A DNA stretch of 64,000 nucleotides. Origin: Limnothrix sp. BL-A-16 (GTDB taxonomy: Bacteria > Cyanobacteriota > Cyanobacteriia > CACIAM-69d). Position 1 is the first letter of the stretch, and every line of letters begins with the position of its first letter. Where the stretch lies: positions 448,001 through 512,000 of the forward strand of contig CP166615.1 in assembly GCA_041937175.2 (NCBI GenBank). The letters are read 5' to 3'. The notes under the pieces were generated by a model that ran no database searches, was not told where the DNA came from, and saw only the letters and a program-made list of their open reading frames with translations. Positions 57,160 through 64,000 of this stretch are shown here, piece after piece. The position numbers were made by a program, and so were the translations under genes.

Positions 57160-58842
57160 GTGAAAACGTACGACAGCAAAGCTTACCGATGGAACCGCGA
57201 GCGGTACTCCCGCCCCCGCCGCTTTATTGATATCTGGACTTTTGTCACCCTTTGGTTACTGTGGCTTTGGATTGACACCAAGCCCTGGAGCTATCGCGGA
57301 GGCATGACGGAGGCCAAACAGAAAGCCCGCCGCCGCCAACAGGCCGTTTGGGTGCGCGATACGCTGCTCCAGTTGGGGCCGACTTTCATCAAAGTGGGTC
57401 AACTATTTTCGACGCGCGCTGATCTGTTCCCGGCGGAATATGTGGAGGAGCTGTCGAAGCTGCAAGACCGCGTACCGGCCTTTGGCTATGACCAGGTGGA
57501 AGCGATCATTCGCCAAGACTTGGGCAAGCCGGTGCAGGAACTGTTCCAAAGCTTTGACCCCATTCCCTTGGCGGCCGCCAGTTTGGGCCAGGTTCATAAG
57601 GCTCAGTTGCGATCGGGCGAAGAAGTGGTGGTGAAGGTGCAGCGCCCGGGCCTGAAAAAGCTGTTTCAAATTGATTTGGCCATTCTGAAGGGCATTGCTC
57701 GCTATTTCCAAAACCATCCCCGCTGGGGCCCCGGTCGGGATTGGTTGGGCATTTACGAAGAATGCTGCCGGATTTTATACGAGGAAATTGATTATCTAAA
57801 CGAAGGACGCAATGCCGATCGCTTCCGGCGGAACTTTCGCCATGCGGATTGGGTGCGTGTACCCAAGGTTTTCTGGCGCTATTGCTCACCTCGGACGATT
57901 GTTTTGGAATATGTCCCCGGCATCAAAATCAGCCACTATGAGGCGATTGAAGCGGCAGGACTTGATCGATCGACCCTGGCCGAGTTGGGAGCCAGGGCCT
58001 ACCTGGAGCAAATCCTAGAAGGGGGCTTTTTCCACGCGGATCCCCACCCGGGCAACTTGGCGGTGAGTCCAGATGGGGCGCTGATTTTCTATGACTTCGG
58101 GATGATGGGGCAGATTAATGCCAATGTGCGCACGGGGTTGATGGAAACCTTCTTTGGCATTGCCCAAAAGAACGGTGAGCGGGTGATGAACTCCCTGATT
58201 TCGCTGGGGGCGCTGCAACCGACCGGAGACACGGGGCCCGTCCGCCGATCGATCCAGTACATGCTGGACAACTTCATGGACAAACCCTTTGAAACCCAGT
58301 CCGTGACCGCCATCAGCGATGATCTGTATGAAATCGCCTACGGCCAGCCTTTTCGGTTCCCGGCGACATTTACCTTCGTGATGCGGGCATTTTCAACCTT
58401 GGAAGGGGTAGGCAAGGGCCTAGATCCTGAGTTTAATTTTATGGAGGTCGCTAAACCCTACGCGATGCAACTGATGAATGGAAATCAACCGGAGGCTGCC
58501 GGAGACTTGCTGGGCGAGTTAGGTCGCCAGGCAGCGCAAATGAGTTCAACGGCTTTGGGTTTGCCGCGTCGCATTGATGACACGATCGAAAAGCTCGATC
58601 GGGGTGATCTGCGCTTGCGAGTGCGGGCCACGGAAACCGATCGCGTACTGCGTCGTCTGAGCAACGCCCAAGTGGCCACCAACTACTCAATCCTGACTGG
58701 TAGCTTTGCCCTCTGTAGTGCCATCTTGGTGGGCACAGGATACGGATGGTTTGCAGTGATTCCCGGTGGCATCGGCCTCCTCCCCGCGATCGCCCTCTTG
58801 CGCTTGCTGCGGCGGATGGATCGCTATGAGAAGATGTTCTAA
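57160..58842 (+). CDS. ABC1/AarF/UbiB family atypical protein kinase
   Basis: LGPTFIKVGQLFSTRAD, PLAAASLGQVH, VKVQRP, FFHADPHPGN, YDFGM; GTG start inferred. Confidence 0.93.
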   Translation: MKTYDSKAYRWNRERYSRPRRFIDIWTFVTLWLLWLWIDTKPWSYRGGMTEAKQKARRRQQAVWVRDTLLQLGPTFIKVGQLFSTRADLFPAEYVEELSKLQDRVPAFGYDQVEAIIRQDLGKPVQELFQSFDPIPLAAASLGQVHKAQLRSGEEVVVKVQRPGLKKLFQIDLAILKGIARYFQNHPRWGPGRDWLGIYEECCRILYEEIDYLNEGRNADRFRRNFRHADWVRVPKVFWRYCSPRTIVLEYVPGIKISHYEAIEAAGLDRSTLAELGARAYLEQILEGGFFHADPHPGNLAVSPDGALIFYDFGMMGQINANVRTGLMETFFGIAQKNGERVMNSLISLGALQPTGDTGPVRRSIQYMLDNFMDKPFETQSVTAISDDLYEIAYGQPFRFPATFTFVMRAFSTLEGVGKGLDPEFNFMEVAKPYAMQLMNGNQPEAAGDLLGELGRQAAQMSSTALGLPRRIDDTIEKLDRGDLRLRVRATETDRVLRRLSNAQVATNYSILTGSFALCSAILVGTGYGWFAVIPGGIGLLPAIALLRLLRRMDRYEKMF

Positions 58843-58994
58843 AGTCCTGGGAATTTAAGGGGTGATACCCCTCATTTTCCGACGCACCCCATGACAAACC
58901 AAGCTCGATAGACCGCGATCGCTGCCACCCGCGCTCAGCGTTCGGTTGGCTGCCAATCCTGATTGCCCCTGTTCTACCCCCGTCCCGTTCGCCC

Positions 58995-59870
58995 ATGAAG
59001 TTTCGAGCCTCGGGATTGACCGATCGCGGAATGCTGCGAAGTGTCAATCAAGATAATTTGTTTGTCGATCCTGAAGGTCGGTTATTCATCGTTGCGGATG
59101 GAATGGGCGGCCACGCGGGCGGACAGGAAGCTAGCCGCATTGCGATCGAAGTGGTTAGCCAAGTGATCCTGCAAGCTTGGGATTCAGAGGCTTCCTCACC
59201 GGCCCTGTTGGAAGTGGCGATCGAGAAAGCCAACGATGCCATTTTGGATGACCAAGTTCGCCATCCGGAACGGGCCGAAATGGGCACGACGATCGTGGCG
59301 ATTATGCATCGCGATGATCAGTGGTGGCAGGTGCATGTGGGTGACTCGCGCCTCTATCGATCGCGGGAGCAACACCTGCTGCAACTGACTAAAGATCACA
59401 CCTGGGTGGCCCGGGCCGTTGAAAGCGGCGACCTGAGCCAAGAACAGGCCCGATCGCACCCCTGGCGACATGTGTTGATGCAATGCCTGGGGCGGCGAGA
59501 GCTGGAGCTAGTGGAAATTTATCCCCTTGAGTTTCGATTGGGGGATCAACTGCTGCTCTGTAGTGACGGTCTCACGGAGGAATTATCCGACTCCGAAATC
59601 TTGCACCATCTTTGCCAAATGCCTTTGGCCCACCAGCTCGATCAGTTGGTGGAGCGTTTGGTGCAGTCCGCCAAAGATCGCGGCGGTCGCGACAACATCA
59701 CCGTTGTGCTTGTGACCAGCGAAAGCACTGAAGAAGACGAAGAAGAGGAGTTTATTCCCCTTGGCCCCGTGGACGATGAACCGTCCGAGGGCATGATTGA
59801 TGAAACCCTGCCTTTCCCAACGGATGATGATTTTCCACCGGAGCTTGCGCCCCTGAGTGAATCGCCCTGA
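58995..59870 (+). CDS. pphA: PP2C/PPM family Ser/Thr phosphatase, probable PII phosphatase
   Basis: TDRGMLRSVNQD, VADGMGGH, MGTT, HVGDSR, LCSDGL, GGRDNIT; synteny with ABC1 kinase as in the Synechocystis sll1769-1771 cluster. Confidence 0.85.
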   Translation: MKFRASGLTDRGMLRSVNQDNLFVDPEGRLFIVADGMGGHAGGQEASRIAIEVVSQVILQAWDSEASSPALLEVAIEKANDAILDDQVRHPERAEMGTTIVAIMHRDDQWWQVHVGDSRLYRSREQHLLQLTKDHTWVARAVESGDLSQEQARSHPWRHVLMQCLGRRELELVEIYPLEFRLGDQLLLCSDGLTEELSDSEILHHLCQMPLAHQLDQLVERLVQSAKDRGGRDNITVVLVTSESTEEDEEEEFIPLGPVDDEPSEGMIDETLPFPTDDDFPPELAPLSESP

Positions 59871-59898
59871 GTTGCTGACCTTCGGCTCATGAACCTGA

Positions 59899-59958
59899 GT
59901 GAATTTCTCTCCAGTAAATTGCTCTCAAGTGAATTTCTCTCAAGTAAATTGCCCTCAA
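59899..59958. repeat. 15-bp tandem repeat x4 (30-bp dimer x2)
   Basis: GTGAATTTCTCTCCA GTAAATTGCTCTCAA GTGAATTTCTCTCAA GTAAATTGCCCTCAA. Confidence 0.8.
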
Positions 59959-60386
59959 TAGATGACCGTCAGATTGATTAGCCTGGGTGAATGATCCTGA
60001 GTTGATTCTGCGTCGATTGTTATTGATCGTTACTGGTCACTGTTGTGTGAATCACCCTCGGTTTGCAGCCTAGCGATCGGGTGTCTTCAAGTAAGGATTG
60101 GTGGCGATGAGTCGCTGACCTGGGATTGAGACCGTTTAGTTTCCCTTGGCATGTTGAGGGTGATCGGGTCACAATCCTTCGATTAATTGAAGCTTGGCTT
60201 CTGATCCCTAGGTTTGATAATCTCCTAGAAGCTGCCTGCACAGTGCAAACCAAATCTAGGTTGGTATTTCATAGCTCAAATCTCCGATTCGAGATTAATG
60301 CTTGAAACCCTTGATCTTGGTAACTGTGAGTGATTCATGAAAAGCAGAATCTTGTACATAGAGATTGAACTTGGGAGTTTTCAGTA

Positions 60387-60998
60387 ATGTTAAAAATTCC
60401 TGTGCAAATGACGCAAGCCGACAGAACTCAGCCTAAAAATCTTGATGCTCATCCTGATCGAGTCAGCGCGATCGAGTTGAGCAACCATTTAATTCGTCAT
60501 CCTTGGCGGCGATGGGTTGTGATGCCGCTGCTGGTGTTTGGGTTGGGGCTAATCTTTCTAGCTGGTTGGTGTGGATGGGCGGAACCAGCTTGGGCAGAAA
60601 ATTACAACCGCTTCTCGTTAGTGGGTGCAGACTTTTCCAATCAGGATCTGCGAGATGATGATTTCACCAAAGCTAATCTGCGGGAAGCAAATTTTCATAA
60701 CGCTAATCTTGAAGGAGTTCGCTTCTTTGCCGCAAACTTAGAATCAGCAAATTTGAGCGGTGCAAACTTACGAAATTCCACCCTTGATTCAGCCCGGTTA
60801 GTCAATGCAGATTTGACCAACGCGGTGTTAGAAGGAGCCTTCGCCGCCAGCATTAATATTCCCGGTGTCAAAATTACGGGAGCGGACTTTACCGATGTGT
60901 TGTTGCGATCGGACACCCTAGACAAGCTTTGTGCGGTGGCGGATGGGGTGAACCCGGTGACGGGCCGGGCCACGCGCGACACGTTGCTTTGTCCCTAA
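60387..60998 (+). CDS. Exported/lumenal pentapeptide repeat protein
   Basis: Hydrophobic signal ending AWA, A(N/D)(L/F)xx repeats, C-terminal LCAVADGVNPVTGRATRDTLLCP; start uncertain. Confidence 0.9.
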   Translation: MLKIPVQMTQADRTQPKNLDAHPDRVSAIELSNHLIRHPWRRWVVMPLLVFGLGLIFLAGWCGWAEPAWAENYNRFSLVGADFSNQDLRDDDFTKANLREANFHNANLEGVRFFAANLESANLSGANLRNSTLDSARLVNADLTNAVLEGAFAASINIPGVKITGADFTDVLLRSDTLDKLCAVADGVNPVTGRATRDTLLCP

Positions 60999-61081
60999 GG
61001 TATTTCTCTTGAGTGTTTCCCAAAGGTGCTTTCCAGGAACCTCCAGGGTCATCCATTTTGGTGTCTTTTCGGTGCTGAGTT

Positions 61082-61321
61082 ATGTCTATCGATAATGCCG
61101 ATCGCTTCTTAATTGCTGCTGCCCAGAGCGAACAGATCCGACAATATTTCAAGTCTGTGAAAACGCCCCAAGAATTTGCCGATGTGGCCTGTCGGTTGGG
61201 CTATGAATTTAGTCCTGAGGATTTGAAAATGGCCGTTGCAGAACATAGCCAAAATGTGACCCAGCGAAGACATACGGGCGTGTGGGAATGGTTGCGCACT
61301 GTGCCCTGGATTGAACGCTAG
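61082..61321 (+). CDS. Nif11-like leader domain small protein
   Basis: MSIDNADRFL...EFADVACRLGYEFSPEDL matches the Nif11 pattern MS.E....F...A...GY.FT.EEL. Confidence 0.8.
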   Translation: MSIDNADRFLIAAAQSEQIRQYFKSVKTPQEFADVACRLGYEFSPEDLKMAVAEHSQNVTQRRHTGVWEWLRTVPWIER

Positions 61322-61434
61322 CGATCGACCTAAGTTGCAGCCCAAATTCAGCGAACTGAACATGCCGATTCAGCCAGCAAATCCAGCAAACTAGTTCAGT
61401 AAATCAGCCCAAGCATCCGTAGTTGAGAGAATCG

Positions 61435-62547
61435 ATGGACTTTCTGAATCCGCGCTTGGCGGGGCGACGGGTAGGGGTTTTGTTGCATGAGGGACTGCGA
61501 GGTCCACGGGGCAAAACGGGTCTCGCCTTCTTGCGCTATAGCGCGGCGGAGGTGGTGGCGGTGATCGATCGCGATGCGGCCGGTGCTAGCCTGGTTGCCC
61601 TAACGGGGATTGATCGCCCAGTTCCCGTGGTGGCCAGTGCGCAGGAGGCGATCGCCCTAGGGGTTGATACCTTGCTGATTGGGATTGCGCCTTCGGGGGG
61701 AATTTTGCCGGCGGAGTGGGAAACGGAACTGAAGGAGGCGCTGCGGATGGGGGTTTCCCTGGTGAATGGTCTGCATCGCCCCCTCAGTCAAGCGCCCGAT
61801 TGGGTGGCTTGCCAACAGCCGGGGCAGTGGATTTGGGATGTGCGGGTGGAACCAACGGGCCTGACGATCGGGTCAGGGTTGGCGCGGTTGCTGCCGGGGG
61901 GGCGGGTGTTGGCCGTGGGCACAGATATGGCGATCGGGAAGATGTCCACCACTCTGGAACTCTGCCGAGCGGCCCACCGCCAGGGCCGACGAGCACATTT
62001 TGTGGGTACGGGCCAGGCGGGGCTGATGATTGCCGGACAAGGGGTGGCCCTGGATGCGGTGCGGGTGGATTTTGCGGCGGGGGCAGTGGAGCGGGCCCTG
62101 CTCCAAGTTGCCCAGGATGTGGGCCCAGAGGGATTAGGAGATCAGGATTTGTTGGCGATCGAAGGCCAAGGATCGTTGCTGCATCCAGGATCCACAGCCA
62201 CCTTGCCGTTGCTTCGGGGATCGCAGCCCACCCATTTGATTTTGGTGCATCGGGCTGGTCAAGTTCATTTGCGAGATTTGCCCCATTGCCCGATTCCGCC
62301 ATTGCCGGACGTGGTGGCCCTTTACGAAGCAGTGGCACGAGCGGCCGGAACCTATGCAGCAGCGCCCGTGGCAGCGATCGCCCTGAACACGGCTCACCTG
62401 TCAGACACGGAAGCAAGGGCCGAGTGCGATCGGGTGGCGGCCTTGACCGATCGCCCCTGCACGGATCCGGTGCGTTACGGGGCAGAATTATTGCTGACTT
62501 CGATCGGCGTTGGTTCGTTTGATCAACAAACTCAATTCGCTGGGTAA
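61435..62547 (+). CDS. DUF1611 family P-loop protein (DgcN-like N-acetyltransferase)
   Basis: GKTG, GIAPSGG, NGLH, VGTDMAIGKM, GTGQAG, DFAAGAVE, EGQGSLLHP, DPVRYG. Confidence 0.88.
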   Translation: MDFLNPRLAGRRVGVLLHEGLRGPRGKTGLAFLRYSAAEVVAVIDRDAAGASLVALTGIDRPVPVVASAQEAIALGVDTLLIGIAPSGGILPAEWETELKEALRMGVSLVNGLHRPLSQAPDWVACQQPGQWIWDVRVEPTGLTIGSGLARLLPGGRVLAVGTDMAIGKMSTTLELCRAAHRQGRRAHFVGTGQAGLMIAGQGVALDAVRVDFAAGAVERALLQVAQDVGPEGLGDQDLLAIEGQGSLLHPGSTATLPLLRGSQPTHLILVHRAGQVHLRDLPHCPIPPLPDVVALYEAVARAAGTYAAAPVAAIALNTAHLSDTEARAECDRVAALTDRPCTDPVRYGAELLLTSIGVGSFDQQTQFAG

Positions 62548-62586
62548 TTGGGTGTCGATTGATTGGGTAATTGGGTGTCGATTGAT
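62541..62586. repeat. Perfect 23-bp tandem duplication spanning the DUF1611 stop codon
   Basis: TGGGTAATTGGGTGTCGATTGAT x2. Confidence 0.9.
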
Positions 62587-62648
62587 ATCGATTAATCAGT
62601 GCTAATAATTGGTGCTAATCAGCGCCAATTATCAGTACTAATCAGGGT

Positions 62649-63314
62649 CTATGGGGATGAAATTGTGGAGGATGACTGATCTCGATCGAGCGATCGCGAT
62701 CGTTGGGGTTTGCAAGGGTTTCCCCAAGCGATCGATCGAGCGGGAATATTCATCAGTACCGTACTTCTTGCGCCGATGATGCTGTTTGCACCAATGCTCA
62801 CGCCGGGAGCCACAAAACAATCCGTCGCAACCCAAGTGCCATTACCAATCACCACCGGTTCTACTAACAACCCAAAGGCTCGATCGCGAATATCATGACT
62901 GCCGGTACAAAGATAACTGCCTTGGGAAATGACGCAGTGGGAACCTACTTCAATGCGATCAAGACTGTAAAACGTGACATGATCCCCAACCCAAGACCAA
63001 TCACCAATTTGCACTTTCCAAGGATAGGTAAATCGAGCGCTCGATCGAATCACCACTCGCTTACCAATCTTTGCCCCAAAACAGCGCAATAACCAACAGC
63101 GAAACCCATTGGCCGGGTGGGGAGAGAGGGGAAACAAAGTGCCTTGAATGAACCACCACAACAAAATAAACCAGCCGGGCCGCCCCCGATCGAACCAGGA
63201 TTGATCATAGCGACTGAGATCAAACCAAGCTGGCTCATCGGTCACCACAGGGTTCACCCGATCGTGGTGGGTACAGGATTGGGTTACTCGCTCAAAATCA
63301 TGGGGCACAGTCAT
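62649..63314 (-). CDS. WcaF/HpsU-like polysaccharide O-acetyltransferase (left-handed beta helix)
   Basis: DLSRYDQSWFDRGRP, LLRCFGAKIG, FTYPWKVQIGD, YLCTGSHD, WGNPC. Confidence 0.88.
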   Translation of the reverse strand: MTVPHDFERVTQSCTHHDRVNPVVTDEPAWFDLSRYDQSWFDRGRPGWFILLWWFIQGTLFPLSPHPANGFRCWLLRCFGAKIGKRVVIRSSARFTYPWKVQIGDWSWVGDHVTFYSLDRIEVGSHCVISQGSYLCTGSHDIRDRAFGLLVEPVVIGNGTWVATDCFVAPGVSIGANSIIGARSTVLMNIPARSIAWGNPCKPQRSRSLDRDQSSSTISSP

Positions 63315-63324
63315 AGGCGACGCT

Positions 63325-64000
63325 TTAGGAATGGATTGACGACGAAGCCGATCGGGGACTGGATTTGGGTTGTTGCTGTTGGTTCAACTGCCCGCCCGAC
63401 TTGCGCAATTCGTAGAGCTTGACCCCAATTTGAAACTCATACTGACTCAACAACCGACCATACACATAACCGGGATAACCATCCAAAAATCCCAGCCGAA
63501 TAATATAAAACAGCACAAACCGAATGAAGGGTTTCATGGGCAACCGCACCCATAGCCGCTTCAGGGCCCGCTTCCGTTCCACAGCATTTCCAAACAGATT
63601 GCCCTTCAAAGTTCCGTCTTTGCCGCGCCCTTCTAATAGATTTAAATAAACTTGGGCTTCCCAATTGGAATAGCGATTGTGGCGCGCTAGCCATTGATAG
63701 ATATCCCGGAAGTCAATATGCAACATGTCTTCCTTGAGATAGCCCACTTGGCCATGGCTTGGGTTGATCAGAACATGCTCATGAACCTCGTTGTCTCCCG
63801 TATTGCGAATTTCTTCGGTTCCCAGGTTTTCGTAGCGACCCGATTGATGCTTAAACAAGCGCAGATTCCAATCGGGATATTTACCCCCATAGCGAATCCA
63901 TTTCCCTAGGAAAAAGACACGGCGGTTGAGATAGTAGCCTGCGAAACCGGGACGGGCGATCGCCTCAGCAATTTCATCCCACAGCTCCGGGGTAATTCGC
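63325..64000 (-). CDS. Glycosyltransferase family 2, 5' end outside the window
   Basis: Frame open to the window edge: RITPELWDEI..GYYLNRRVFFLGKWIRYGGKYPDWNLRLFKH..EVHEH..RHNRYS..LGFLDGYPG. Confidence 0.88.
   Translation of the reverse strand, partial: RITPELWDEIAEAIARPGFAGYYLNRRVFFLGKWIRYGGKYPDWNLRLFKHQSGRYENLGTEEIRNTGDNEVHEHVLINPSHGQVGYLKEDMLHIDFRDIYQWLARHNRYSNWEAQVYLNLLEGRGKDGTLKGNLFGNAVERKRALKRLWVRLPMKPFIRFVLFYIIRLGFLDGYPGYVYGRLLSQYEFQIGVKLYELRKSGGQLNQQQQPKSSPRSASSSIHS

Overview
Core chromosomal segment of a phycobilisome-containing cyanobacterium. It is moderately GC-rich and saturated with HIP1-type GCGATCGC/CGATCG words. The hps-like polysaccharide genes suggest a filamentous form (possibly Limnothrix-like; that assignment is inference only). 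About 50 CDS: an RTX/Calx-beta secreted protein, apcE, the atp1 ATP-synthase operon plus a ferredoxin, apcABC, ftsW, three histidine kinases, ccs1/ccdA, the RHH-protein/ycf46/ycf35 operon, recJ, maf, psbP, cphA, an M16 peptidase, hisA, prs, a Ser/Thr kinase, bioD, cinA, thioredoxin, an A-adding tRNA nucleotidyltransferase, an ABC1 kinase-pphA cluster, a Nif11-type small protein, DUF1611 and polysaccharide genes. I found no rRNA, tRNA, CRISPR array, prophage or autonomous IS. I cannot identify a complete new multi-gene system. The best leads are: (1) two apparent inversions that split the conserved apcEABC-ftsW-ccdA-ccs1/atp supercluster; (2) an unannotated ~330-nt intergenic run of hairpins between prs and the Ser/Thr kinase; (3) a CBCR-like GAF domain whose chromophore Cys is displaced by one residue; (4) an orphan Trp-rich Nif11 peptide next to a partnerless DUF1611 gene; (5) two nested MITE/REP structures; (6) a clear promoter/operator in front of the RHH-ycf46-ycf35 operon. 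All family assignments come from motif recognition by eye; no database searches were run.
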